This document shows, in pieces, positions 46,193 to 55,625 of a DNA stretch of 64,000 nucleotides; within the stretch, counting starts at the first letter, position 1; every line of letters begins with the position of its first letter. A program made the position numbers and the translations under genes. The notes beneath the pieces are model-generated. The model was given only the letters and a program-made list of their open reading frames with translations. It did not search any database and had not been told where the DNA came from. The DNA is taken from assembly GCA_023267045.1 (NCBI GenBank), contig JAHFOB010000002.1:2032-66031 (forward strand). Direction: 5' to 3'. This stretch comes from Candidatus Zambryskiibacteriota bacterium. GTDB lineage: Bacteria; Patescibacteriota; Minisyncoccia; Phycocordibacterales; DATDWN01.

Positions 46193-46265
46193 TGGACCCT
46201 GCCGGATTCGGACCGGCGACCTCCGCATTGCAAATGCGGCGCTCTACCAACTAAGCTAAGGGCCC
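46193..46265 (-). tRNA. tRNA-Ala (anticodon UGC), intact, carried inside the island
   Basis: Reverse complement reads GGGCCCTTAGCTTAGTTGGTAGAGCGCCGCATTTGCAATGCGGAGGTCGCCGGTCCGAATCCGGCAGGGTCCA. G3:U70 acceptor pair; anticodon stem CCGCA/TGCGG with loop TTTGCAA. Confidence 0.85.
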
Positions 46266-46364
46266 TTCTTTCAGGACAAACTATAGCAGAATTACATGAA
46301 TTAAGCAAAATGAAAATTTTTACTTAATGCTTAAATATAATTCTATTTTGATAGTATCACTTAA

Positions 46365-46532
46365 TTAATTTTTGTCTTTATGGATTTTGATATACTTCTC
46401 AGTTTCTTCAAAGAGAATATCAAATGCCTTTTGTACTTTACGTTCCTGTTCTGCTTTTTCTTCCGGTGTCTTTGGCTCGACGTAGGTATACGTGATCTTT
46501 AGTCCGTCTGTTTTTGAGGTTCCTTTTTTCAT
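46365..46532 (-). CDS. small charged protein (55 aa), below the ORF-track cutoff
   Basis: MKKGTSKTDGLKITYTYVEPKTPEEKAEQERKVQKAFDILFEETEKYIKIHKDKN. Confidence 0.3.
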   Translation of the reverse strand: MKKGTSKTDGLKITYTYVEPKTPEEKAEQERKVQKAFDILFEETEKYIKIHKDKN

Positions 46533-46560
46533 AGACTGTTAAAGCTTGTAATGGCACCCA

Positions 46561-46974
46561 TCATGGATACACTGTTTTGTTTGGCCGCTCCAGGAGGTGC
46601 GGATTTTTAGTAATCATCTCGTTATAGATGGCCATATCCCGGTCGCAATTCTGTGCAAAGTGGCGTTGAATCTCTGCGGGTCCCATATCCTCTCCGCTAC
46701 CGGCCCCCGCTCCGTATTGCATGTAGTAGCTCAAAGTAATGATGGCGAGGTCCCAATCGATGCCATTTGCGGCGGGACACTCCGGAACTGTGCTCTCGAG
46801 TGCATACGAGTAGAAATAAACCGGTAGTATCACCCCGCTTGACTCCTCATCCGGGCTTGGTGATTCATTGGCTCGGGAGAGAGTTTCTGGAATAGACCCA
46901 TGTTTGAGAAGCAGGGTGCCAGCAACAAGTGCCACCGCAATAACCGCTATGAGAATGTAGGGGGCTTTGTTCAT
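46561..46974 (-). CDS. secreted hypothetical protein, GC-rich
   Basis: Signal peptide; composition differs from the host genes. Confidence 0.45.
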   Translation of the reverse strand: MNKAPYILIAVIAVALVAGTLLLKHGSIPETLSRANESPSPDEESSGVILPVYFYSYALESTVPECPAANGIDWDLAIITLSYYMQYGAGAGSGEDMGPAEIQRHFAQNCDRDMAIYNEMITKNPHLLERPNKTVYP

Positions 46975-46978
46975 GTTT

Positions 46979-47872
46979 TTATTTTTTGTATGCTGTTTTA
47001 TTATATTTTAATCTTATGGCCTTAAGCATTGATTCTGATTCGCCAATTATTCTTTCTGACGAATGAGTGATGGTACGATAATTCATTCTCTCCATCATTT
47101 CACTGTCTACTCCAATATATGAATCACGTTCAAGTATCCAACCAGCAAGAAGTAATCGATTCTTCGATAACGGCAAAGTCACATCAACATCTTTATATGC
47201 AAATCCCGGGAGACTCCCAAATGCATTTGGACCATATTTTTTAATTGCCTCTGGTCTTAACAAGACAATTGGATCATCAGATGTCACATAGCCTCCACTT
47301 GGGGATTCCCATATAGACCATTTCATATCAAATATTATTTGAGAGAGATGTGGAAGTTGGGCGAGGATACTCAATGCATGTTCTTCTTTGTAGTTCTCTA
47401 AATATTCTTCAATATCGCTCATGTGAATCGCTTTACCACTGCTTGGGGTTGCGGCTGCAATTCGCCTTGCTTCTGGGTTATCTTCGTATCGTTGTCTCCA
47501 TTCCTCCATACTTTTTTTCATGGATAAAACCATGCGATGCATACTCTCCCTATGTGGTCTTGTTCTAAGAAAAAGTGCTGCAATAAATACAGAAACTTTT
47601 GCTCGTTCTTCATCTGTCAGAAACAAATTTTTTGTTATCTTTTTTTCAAATATGGCCGCATAAGTACCCTCGATATTGGCTAATGTATCTTCAACAAATA
47701 AACTCTTATCACCGTTCTTTAATGTGACGGTATAGAAATGGCTTTCTACCAGAATGTTCTCGGGTTTTGTTTTGAAAATATTATCCTTCGTATCAAGCAC
47801 CCAAACGAAACCATCACTGTCAGTGAAATTTTGTAGGTAGCATCTTGGTATTGTGTGGTGACGTTTTTTCAT
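46979..47872 (-). CDS. DUF4238 domain protein
   Basis: N-terminal HHTIPRCYLQNF matches the DUF4238 signature (HxVPqfYLrxF). Confidence 0.55.
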   Translation of the reverse strand: MKKRHHTIPRCYLQNFTDSDGFVWVLDTKDNIFKTKPENILVESHFYTVTLKNGDKSLFVEDTLANIEGTYAAIFEKKITKNLFLTDEERAKVSVFIAALFLRTRPHRESMHRMVLSMKKSMEEWRQRYEDNPEARRIAAATPSSGKAIHMSDIEEYLENYKEEHALSILAQLPHLSQIIFDMKWSIWESPSGGYVTSDDPIVLLRPEAIKKYGPNAFGSLPGFAYKDVDVTLPLSKNRLLLAGWILERDSYIGVDSEMMERMNYRTITHSSERIIGESESMLKAIRLKYNKTAYKK

Positions 47873-47928
47873 ATAATTGAGATCATTTTACACTAAAATA
47901 GACCTCATTTAAGGTTACCAAAATATCA

Positions 47929-47957
47929 TTGACAGTATAGGTAAAAAGGTGTATAAT
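47929..47957 (+). promoter_or_regulatory. Consensus sigma70 promoter for 48036..48887
   Basis: TTGACAgtataggtaaaaaggtgTATAAT (17-bp spacer); SD CAAGGAGTAAGGAAATG further downstream. Confidence 0.6.
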
Positions 47958-48035
47958 TGTCAGCAGAAATTACCGTTCTCGTGAGTTATTCCGAGGACTA
48001 GAATCCCGTAACGATCTTTCACAAGGAGTAAGGAA

Positions 48036-48887
48036 ATGAAGATTCTCGCAGAAGCTGATACGGCACAGGTTCTTACTGGTCTGTTCCATCAGATCGGTGA
48101 CCAGAACTGCTACGTCGTGCAGATGGAACAAAGACGAGACACGTACGATACGTTGCAAAACGTGTCAGGACTCGACCTCGTTCTCAACGTCGCTCCGGAA
48201 GGTACACCCGTCGTCATGCTTGGATGGATGACGCCGAAAATGTATACCGACCTCAAGCCACAGGAGTGGTTCGCAGCGATGGGCTACCCGAACGTGATGT
48301 TCCGTCGCCTACCGGCAACACTGGAAGACGTTGTGAGTGCGCTTGAAGAAGTGAAGATTGGCAGTCGCCAGTCAGATCCTCTTGCAATTGCACTTCTCGG
48401 CGTCGATCAGATGAACTCGACTGTCAGAGTCCTTAACCACGATCTTTTGTCCGCTGAACGAGATTCAGAGCGGATGATTCGATGGGTTGAGCGAGCTCGG
48501 GCAGCATTCGGCGACAAGCCCCAAGCCGAACTGATTTCCTTGGTGAAAGATGCCGGGAAATTGGGAGGTCTTCCTGGTCCACTCACGGGTCAAATGTTCC
48601 CTGATGTCTGCGTGGATGTCGAGGGGACACTTCTGGTCGACGGGCAGATTCGTTCCGAAGTTATCGCTTTGGCACAAGAGAAAGCGAACGGCGGACCGAT
48701 CACTGTTTGGACTGGTGGGAACATCTACGACCTTACCAAGCAACTTCGTGGTTTGGGAGTGACCCACAAGATTACCTCCAAGCACACCATGAAGGATGCG
48801 ACTGTTCGAGTGGTGATCGACGACCAGCCGGAAGAAGCGTTCAAGAGCAACTACGGCGTCGGTTACGAAAAGTACATTCAGATCTAG
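48036..48887 (+). CDS. hypothetical protein, strongly GC-rich, with a possible C-terminal HAD-like phosphatase motif
   Basis: GC visibly ~55%. VCVDVEGTLLVDGQ resembles HAD motif I (DxDGT) and VVIDDQPEE motif IV; the N-terminal 170 aa are unknown. Followed by a bidirectional terminator (AGCCCCA...TGGGGCT, TTTTT). Confidence 0.45.
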   Translation: MKILAEADTAQVLTGLFHQIGDQNCYVVQMEQRRDTYDTLQNVSGLDLVLNVAPEGTPVVMLGWMTPKMYTDLKPQEWFAAMGYPNVMFRRLPATLEDVVSALEEVKIGSRQSDPLAIALLGVDQMNSTVRVLNHDLLSAERDSERMIRWVERARAAFGDKPQAELISLVKDAGKLGGLPGPLTGQMFPDVCVDVEGTLLVDGQIRSEVIALAQEKANGGPITVWTGGNIYDLTKQLRGLGVTHKITSKHTMKDATVRVVIDDQPEEAFKSNYGVGYEKYIQI

Positions 48888-48964
48888 TGTCTGCACTTAG
48901 TAGACACAAAAAGAAAGGAGAAAACACAAAGCCCCAAGCAAACACGCTGGGGCTTTTTCAATTA

Positions 48965-49729
48965 TTATTTAATACCAATTATTAAATCATCTCTTGTGTC
49001 ATCTGGTATTAGAATGTAAACATTTTTAAATCCAGCGACTTTCATTTGTTCAACAAGTTCTTCTTTTGTTATGAGATAACTTTTTCTTACTACCTCTCCT
49101 TCACTCAAATCACTTTCAACTCTCGTGGTCCATGTGTTTATTCTTTTACCCCAGTCAAATGTTGATTTCCAAATAGTGTGATATTGCTCACCATTTCTTT
49201 CTGAATCAAAAGTCCTATCAGAACCTTTGTAACTTGGTACATAATGTTTACCTAATCCTATGACAACGAGTCCATTATCCTTTGTAGCTTCAAAAAAACT
49301 TTTCAAACACATTTGTATTCTTGGAATAATGTTTTCTAATTTCTCCGGAGTTTCTCCACCCATCCAACCGTCCATATATACGAAGGAGTTATCTGCATTT
49401 ACAATCACATCAAATTTTTCAGATATTTTATTACCTAATTCCTGCCAAGAAGAATGATAAGCTGATATTTCCATTCCCTCTGATTTAAATTTCTCCTGTA
49501 ATTCCTTAGCGTATGTTTCGTTTCCATCGGTAACACTTAGATTTGTAAATCCTAACTTATATAAATCGAAGGTAGGAAAACCTGTGCCTCCAGCAGTATC
49601 CAGTATTTTAAGATTTTTATCTTTCAAAACAAAAGCTAGAGCTTTTGAATAATTAGTACGATACTGCTCGTCATGTAAAGCATTTCCTGCAATTTCCCAA
49701 ACTTGTGATTGTGTGAGTTCTTTTTTCAT
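48965..49729 (-). CDS. class I SAM-dependent methyltransferase
   Basis: Motif I ILDTAGGTGFPT, motif II/post-I acidic residue, VIVNADNSFVYM. Confidence 0.8.
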   Translation of the reverse strand: MKKELTQSQVWEIAGNALHDEQYRTNYSKALAFVLKDKNLKILDTAGGTGFPTFDLYKLGFTNLSVTDGNETYAKELQEKFKSEGMEISAYHSSWQELGNKISEKFDVIVNADNSFVYMDGWMGGETPEKLENIIPRIQMCLKSFFEATKDNGLVVIGLGKHYVPSYKGSDRTFDSERNGEQYHTIWKSTFDWGKRINTWTTRVESDLSEGEVVRKSYLITKEELVEQMKVAGFKNVYILIPDDTRDDLIIGIK

Positions 49730-49732
49730 AAT

Positions 49733-50263
49733 TTAATTGTTTTTAATAAATGGCTCTACATTCTTTATGATTTCTTGAATGTCATTATATTTGTGGTCTT
49801 CACCTGGTAATTCTAACAAATTATAATTTTTAACACCTGATTTATTTAACACTTCCCTTAAAACAGTAGAAGATGTTGTTCTATCATTTGTTTGTTGAAT
49901 AAAGAGACTCGGAATAGCAAAGTTATTTAATAACTCATCCATGTCCCACCCATTTTCCTTACTCCATTCATAAGCTGTGCCGGCAAAAATACATTTGATT
50001 GGTTTTATATACCCATTGCGTATAGCTTGAAGCGTAAGTGCGACTCCTACAGATTTGGCAAAAATTACAAGATCATTTTTTCCTTCCGCTAATTTTTTTA
50101 AGTTTTCTACTTCTGACCTAATATCAACATCTTCTTTATAATCTTTCCAATTTTCATAATAAAGAATCTCTACTGAATTGAACAAACCTCCGAATGTTTT
50201 TCGGATATTTTCTACCCATTCTTTATTATAATCACTGTAGCCCCCAAGGATAATAAGATTCAT
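49733..50263 (-). CDS. small alpha/beta-fold serine hydrolase-like protein (YdeN/RBBP9-like size)
   Basis: 176 aa; LVIFAKSVGVAL contains a G/A-x-S-x-G nucleophile elbow. It sits 4 nt from each neighbour in the operon. Confidence 0.4.
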   Translation of the reverse strand: MNLIILGGYSDYNKEWVENIRKTFGGLFNSVEILYYENWKDYKEDVDIRSEVENLKKLAEGKNDLVIFAKSVGVALTLQAIRNGYIKPIKCIFAGTAYEWSKENGWDMDELLNNFAIPSLFIQQTNDRTTSSTVLREVLNKSGVKNYNLLELPGEDHKYNDIQEIIKNVEPFIKNN

Positions 50264-50267
50264 GTAT

Positions 50268-52103
50268 TTAATTTAGAGTTGGGTTATACACCTTTTCAAA
50301 CGCATATATACCAATAATCTCCACCAAAACATCATTTATATTGCCATAAAATGCCTCTGTTTGCATTCTTGCTTCATCGTTACCCAAAAGACCTTCAATG
50401 AACTCTTTTTTGTATACACTCTGAAGAAGTGGTGATGACAACATACTTTCCTTATTTTTTTCAATGATGTCAAAAAGTTCCTCACTATAATTCTTCTTTT
50501 TTGGTCCAGGACTTTTTACTCTGTAGACAATCTCATGTGGTAATTTATCCTCCAACATTTTTCTGAATAAATGTCGTCCAGAAGTAGTAGATGCGATATG
50601 AGTTTTATAATCACATTTGTCCGCAAACTCTACGAGTAGTCTATTCACAGTAGGGACCCTGACCTCAATTCCTGAATGCATTCCGAATTTATCTTCACTC
50701 GCAAGCATTGTTGGTAACATATTCTCCCTTATAAATGCCGTGATAAGTTTCTGTTGATTTTCCTGCTGTCCGATGTCACCAAAAACACTTTTTACGTATT
50801 CTGTTGAAGTTAATTCTGCGTCCTTAGTAAATTGATCCGAAAGACCTGATAGTTTTAATGCGTTGAGTTTCTTAAAATAGTCTATGACATTTTCAGTGTT
50901 AAATACTCCTTCTCTGTAAAAAATGCTCATCCAATAATCGAGAGGATAATAACCATAAAAGACTTCGTCAGCACCTTGTCCATTAAAACAAACTTTCAAC
51001 CCAGCTTTTTTAACGGCTTGGTAGTTTTTTAGCTTGGTAATATAACGAATATCCACCACTGGTTCTTCTCTGGCAATAGTCGCTTCCATGAAATCCTCAA
51101 GAGTAAATGGGTCATCAAGGTTTAGTTCGTGCGGTTCAAAAACATTTCCGTATTTCTCAGAAAGAATTCCTAACAATTTTTGAGTATACTCTAAATCTGT
51201 CTTCTCACCTCGTTTATTAAAGTAGTATGTAAACGTTGGTATTATTTTCTCCTTCTCTACTAGGTATGGAGTAGCTAGTGTTGAAATAAAAGTACTGTCT
51301 ATACCACCAGAGAGAATCATTCCGATTGGTACATCACTTCGTGTTTCCCAATGAATAGCTTTGTCTGCAATAACACTGAAATCGTTCTCGATTTTTGAAA
51401 TATCTTCTGTAATGGACGTTTTAAAATCTGGAATGTAATAAGCCTCCTTATTTTTTACAGCTCCACTTGAATCTAAAATTAAATAATTACCTGGTTCTAA
51501 GCTCTGAATACTTTTGAAAAAAGACTTTGTTTTCTGACTACCAATAAAGCGATCGAGAAATAGGTGAGTCTGTAACATTGAATGATCCAGTTGTGCAGGA
51601 ACATAGTTCAGTATGGAAGCAATTTCAGATGAAAAAATAAACTTTTCTTTATCGTGATAATAGAAGAGGGGTTTTACACCAACTCTATCTCTAGCAACAA
51701 TATATTCTTTTTTCTGGGAGTCATAGAAACAGAAGCCGTATATTCCGTTTACTTCTTGCAAGAAATCAATTCCTTTATGGGTCAGTCCAGCAATTAAAAC
51801 CTCAGTGTCCCCAGTTGTTTTAAATTCATAGCCTTCTTTTCTCAAGTCCTCTCGTAATTCTATGAAGTTATATATTTCACCATTGAACACAAGCCAATTG
51901 TCATGATAATGGAATGGTTGCATAGCTTCAATTTTCAAATCTTGAATTGATAGCCAGTTAAAACCAAATAAACAGTTTTCGTTGATCTTCTCTACCAAAG
52001 AACCATCCGGACCCCTGTGTTTTGATTTTTCTAGAGCACGTTCAAATACCTCTTTGTCTAGGTTTGATTGGTTTTCTGAGATTATGCCGATTATTCCACA
52101 CAT
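50268..52103 (-). CDS. asparagine synthetase B-like glutamine amidotransferase (class-II GATase plus PP-loop synthetase)
   Basis: N-terminal MCGIIGII (Cys2 nucleophile); PP-loop ILSGGIDSTFIS. Confidence 0.8.
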   Translation of the reverse strand: MCGIIGIISENQSNLDKEVFERALEKSKHRGPDGSLVEKINENCLFGFNWLSIQDLKIEAMQPFHYHDNWLVFNGEIYNFIELREDLRKEGYEFKTTGDTEVLIAGLTHKGIDFLQEVNGIYGFCFYDSQKKEYIVARDRVGVKPLFYYHDKEKFIFSSEIASILNYVPAQLDHSMLQTHLFLDRFIGSQKTKSFFKSIQSLEPGNYLILDSSGAVKNKEAYYIPDFKTSITEDISKIENDFSVIADKAIHWETRSDVPIGMILSGGIDSTFISTLATPYLVEKEKIIPTFTYYFNKRGEKTDLEYTQKLLGILSEKYGNVFEPHELNLDDPFTLEDFMEATIAREEPVVDIRYITKLKNYQAVKKAGLKVCFNGQGADEVFYGYYPLDYWMSIFYREGVFNTENVIDYFKKLNALKLSGLSDQFTKDAELTSTEYVKSVFGDIGQQENQQKLITAFIRENMLPTMLASEDKFGMHSGIEVRVPTVNRLLVEFADKCDYKTHIASTTSGRHLFRKMLEDKLPHEIVYRVKSPGPKKKNYSEELFDIIEKNKESMLSSPLLQSVYKKEFIEGLLGNDEARMQTEAFYGNINDVLVEIIGIYAFEKVYNPTLN

Positions 52104-52107
52104 ATAT

Positions 52108-54252
52108 TTATATAATTTTAATTACACCTGAGTCTGCATTTACTTCTACCTTATCTCCATCTTTTAAAACTTTTGTCGCTATTTTTGTCGCAATGATACA
52201 GGGTTTATTAAGCTCTCGAGCAATTATGGCCGCATGACAGGTAACACCTCCTTCATTAGTGATTATAGCAGAAACTTTAGATAGGATCTGAGTAAATTCT
52301 GGTCGTGTCATAGATGTAACCAATATATCTCCATCAACTATTTTATGAAAATCATTTCGAGATAATACTATCTTTACTGGACCAACTACTTTCCCAGGCA
52401 TCGCAGAGACGCCTTTTATTGTTTTTACATTGTCGCCAACTTCAACATTTTTAACAATTGCTTTCCATTCATCGTGAGATATATCTATCAAGCCATCATG
52501 AGTTACTTCGGCAAATCTTACACCCCCATAGTTTTTTAATGTCTCATTCTTATTCTGTTCAAACTCCTCTACAGTAGACATCACCGCTGTTTCTCGAGAA
52601 ATTTTATACTTACTACACTCTTGAATAAGATAGCGATCTAATAAACCATCAACAATTAAATTAGACTTCTTCCGTTCGTCTCGCATCATGGTCAAAAAGT
52701 CTATCCATTCCAACATAGTGTTTGGTTCCTGTAATTCAACCTCAGAATAACTAACATCTTCCTTCAAAATCTCGTTTTTTCTTTTTATAAAATCTTCTTC
52801 GGTCGTTCTGTATTCTCCAGAGTAGTCATTTTGAAGCCATGAATACTTGAGAGTATGCTCAGTTACTTTATCTTCAAAAGACTCCGACTCATTAAAAATC
52901 TGCTTCAACTCATACTTCTCTTTTTGTGCAAAAGAAAAGTATTTCTTTTCGAGTGTAGAAATATTAATTCCTTCATTTTTGATGTATTTGTCAAAAGCAT
53001 AATCCAATGAGTAACCAATACCTATGGCAACACTATAAATCGCATCAAATTCTTGGTAAAAATCTTTTATATCACTAACAGTTTTATTTTTCAGGTCCTT
53101 GTAGTTTCTCTTCTCGAGTCTTTTATTTAACTCCAAGAGTTTTTGAGCTAAATCAAAAAGATAATTTTCAAATACGTGATCATTTTTCAGTAACAAATCA
53201 AAAAAGAAATCACCGTATTCTTCAAATGAGCTTTCAGGGGCATCAACGATCGTTGTCGTTCCATAACGAAATTTTACAAACCAACCACCCATTAAATACT
53301 TGTTATTATATTTTTGTTTTGGAGCATTTGCGGTAGAAGAATAGAAAAACGGGTATATTGGATTTTCAAAAGAAACAAACTTTTCTAAAGTTGTAATAGG
53401 TCTACTCTGTAGAATATAAAACTTGTCTTTTTCAAAAGCCCATTCAATATCACATGGAAAACCGAAATGGTTTTCAATTTGAATGACGATATCAGACAAC
53501 TCCATGATTTGTTCATCAGTTAGAGTTGGTTTATCAATAGGATTACTTTCGAGAATAGTTTTTGTATCTTTTTTTACCACATAACTATCGGGAGTAACCG
53601 ACCCAGATACGATAGCTTCACCAAGTCCATGCACTGCCTCTATAATGAGTTGATTTTTATCTTGCGTAACTGGGTGAACAGAGAAAGCAACGCCAGATAC
53701 AACGCTCTGTATCATTTTTTGTACGACAACGGCTACTGATATTTGAGTAGTGTGTAAACCTTTTTCAAAACGATAGAAAATGGCACGAGGAGTAAAAAGC
53801 GATGCCCAGCAATGCTGTATTTTTTCCACTAGATCTTTCTCGCTGATATTTAGAAAACTATCAAGTTGTCCTGCCCATGCATGTTCCTGACCATCTTCAC
53901 TTGTAGCTGAAGAACGAACGGCAACATATTCCGCATTGAGATTTTTGAATTGTTCTATAACCTCTGTTGCTATGTCCTCAGGTATTACAGCATTTTTAAT
54001 TAAACCTTGGATTTTCTCCGAAGCATTCTCGACTGCATGTATTTCTTTGTGATTAACAGCATCTAGAATTGAATCTATTTTTTGAGTTAAATCTGTCTCG
54101 TTGAGGAAGCGATCAAAAGTGCTGGAAAGCACAACAAAACCTTCTGGGACAGAAATGCCTAGTTGGACCATCTCGCCCAAAGAAGAACCTTTTCCGCCAG
54201 CGATATCAACATCATTTTTGTTAATCTTTTGGAATGGTCGAATTAGCTCCAT
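52108..54252 (-). CDS. PEP-utilising enzyme family protein: PPDK/PEP-synthase N-terminal ATP-grasp domain plus phospho-His swivel domain (rifampicin-phosphotransferase-like architecture)
   Basis: N-terminal GGKGSSLGEM..GISVPEGFVV (PPDK_N). C-terminal TNEGGVTCHAAIIARELNKPCII is the PEP-utilisers mobile-domain His motif. No C-terminal TIM-barrel domain is present. Confidence 0.7.
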   Translation of the reverse strand: MELIRPFQKINKNDVDIAGGKGSSLGEMVQLGISVPEGFVVLSSTFDRFLNETDLTQKIDSILDAVNHKEIHAVENASEKIQGLIKNAVIPEDIATEVIEQFKNLNAEYVAVRSSATSEDGQEHAWAGQLDSFLNISEKDLVEKIQHCWASLFTPRAIFYRFEKGLHTTQISVAVVVQKMIQSVVSGVAFSVHPVTQDKNQLIIEAVHGLGEAIVSGSVTPDSYVVKKDTKTILESNPIDKPTLTDEQIMELSDIVIQIENHFGFPCDIEWAFEKDKFYILQSRPITTLEKFVSFENPIYPFFYSSTANAPKQKYNNKYLMGGWFVKFRYGTTTIVDAPESSFEEYGDFFFDLLLKNDHVFENYLFDLAQKLLELNKRLEKRNYKDLKNKTVSDIKDFYQEFDAIYSVAIGIGYSLDYAFDKYIKNEGINISTLEKKYFSFAQKEKYELKQIFNESESFEDKVTEHTLKYSWLQNDYSGEYRTTEEDFIKRKNEILKEDVSYSEVELQEPNTMLEWIDFLTMMRDERKKSNLIVDGLLDRYLIQECSKYKISRETAVMSTVEEFEQNKNETLKNYGGVRFAEVTHDGLIDISHDEWKAIVKNVEVGDNVKTIKGVSAMPGKVVGPVKIVLSRNDFHKIVDGDILVTSMTRPEFTQILSKVSAIITNEGGVTCHAAIIARELNKPCIIATKIATKVLKDGDKVEVNADSGVIKII

Positions 54253-54344
54253 AATTAAGCAAATTTTAACACATTTTCAACCTTTTTGTCCCAACAAAAA
54301 ATGGCGGTAACCCATGACGGGACCGCCGTTTAATGTTATCTCCT

Positions 54345-55040
54345 CTATCTCCGTGATGTCATAAGAAATGACGATATCAGTTCCGATGCATCAAATTTGG
54401 AACATGACTCTGCTTCCTGTAGCCATCGTTCTCGTTCAGTTGGACTGGCAATACGTTCGAATATAAGGGACGTCAGCAAATCCTTTTGTTTTGCTGTAAT
54501 TGGTTCATCTTCACCACCTTCGTATTTCTTGGGAAAGAAATTGCTGGAGCCATTGTTTACACTCTGGACCGTTTCCTCCTGAATTACTTCAGGTGAAATG
54601 TCTTCGAGATCGCTAGTAAAGATGTCTGAGAGTCCTGTGGAGCGAATGACGGCATCTATGAAAGCTGATTTTTGCGCCATCTTCACTGTCTTGTTGGCAT
54701 CGTTGCCATGACTCTTTAGCACTGCCGCACCACGACCCTGACCTACCGTTTCCCCGGACCGAGTGAGTGTGCAGACATATGCTAACAACCCCTCTACACT
54801 CCTAAATGACTCTATGGTATCGGCATCCTTTGTGAATGTGGCAACTAGCGAGTATATCGTGGCTAGTTTCTCTGCACCGGCTTTGCCGAGCGACTGACGA
54901 CCCTTGATAGTGTAGTAGTCTCGATTCTCCACAAGCTTTGGGAGTATCTTCTGAATGAAGTAATCCCGTTTCTGCAACAGTGAATCAACTCCAGTTTTGA
55001 ATTGGGCGATGCTATCTGAAGCAATGAGTGCTGTATTCAT
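54345..55040 (-). CDS. hypothetical protein, possibly a phage-type ssDNA-annealing/recombination protein (weak)
   Basis: 231 aa; overlaps the upstream gene by ATGA and has a terminator at 54262-54300. Its resemblance to RecT/Rad52-like annealing proteins is uncertain. Confidence 0.35.
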   Translation of the reverse strand: MNTALIASDSIAQFKTGVDSLLQKRDYFIQKILPKLVENRDYYTIKGRQSLGKAGAEKLATIYSLVATFTKDADTIESFRSVEGLLAYVCTLTRSGETVGQGRGAAVLKSHGNDANKTVKMAQKSAFIDAVIRSTGLSDIFTSDLEDISPEVIQEETVQSVNNGSSNFFPKKYEGGEDEPITAKQKDLLTSLIFERIASPTERERWLQEAESCSKFDASELISSFLMTSRR

Positions 55041-55354
55041 GATGTTTTATTCTTTTCAACTTGTTTGTAATAGAACAGGAACACGTTTCGCTTAATGCGT
55101 TTGACGATATTCCCGTTATTGTCCTTCACTTCGACAAAAGTGACGGATCGAATAGCTCTCTCTCCTTTACGAACTACATAACCAAGAGATAGCCATTTAG
55201 CGAACGTAAGAGTGTTGTGGTGTGGGTCGTACTTTTCGACCTCGTCATCACCCCAGCGACTCTTTATTTCCGAAGCGACCAGATCGTAGGTAGTTTCGGA
55301 GCCGGTATAGCCTGAGATTGGCGGACCAGCCATTATTTGCTTGAAACTTTTCAT
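55037..55354 (-). CDS. ArdC N-terminal-like (DUF1738) ssDNA-binding domain protein
   Basis: FAKWLSLGYVVRKGERAIRSVTF matches the ArdC_N core (W...GY.V+KGEKG). Confidence 0.45.
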   Translation of the reverse strand: MKSFKQIMAGPPISGYTGSETTYDLVASEIKSRWGDDEVEKYDPHHNTLTFAKWLSLGYVVRKGERAIRSVTFVEVKDNNGNIVKRIKRNVFLFYYKQVEKNKTS

Positions 55355-55625
55355 GTATGTCTATGCATGTGCAACGCATACCTCGACTATGGAATGCAAA
55401 GGGCTTGTGTTGTGTTAGTAATTAAGTCCTTCATAAATCAAAGTGGTAATGAGTTGTGGGGTGGCTGGAGGGGTGATTTGTCATTTTTAAGGACAGAGAT
55501 AGGGACCGTATGATAAGGGACTCGAATGGGTCCCTTTTTGGTTTCAGAAATCAATGGTCATAAAAAATTTTCTGCAAAAAATTCCAAAATGAGTAAGTCA
55601 TAAAGGACTGAGATACGATTGAGGT

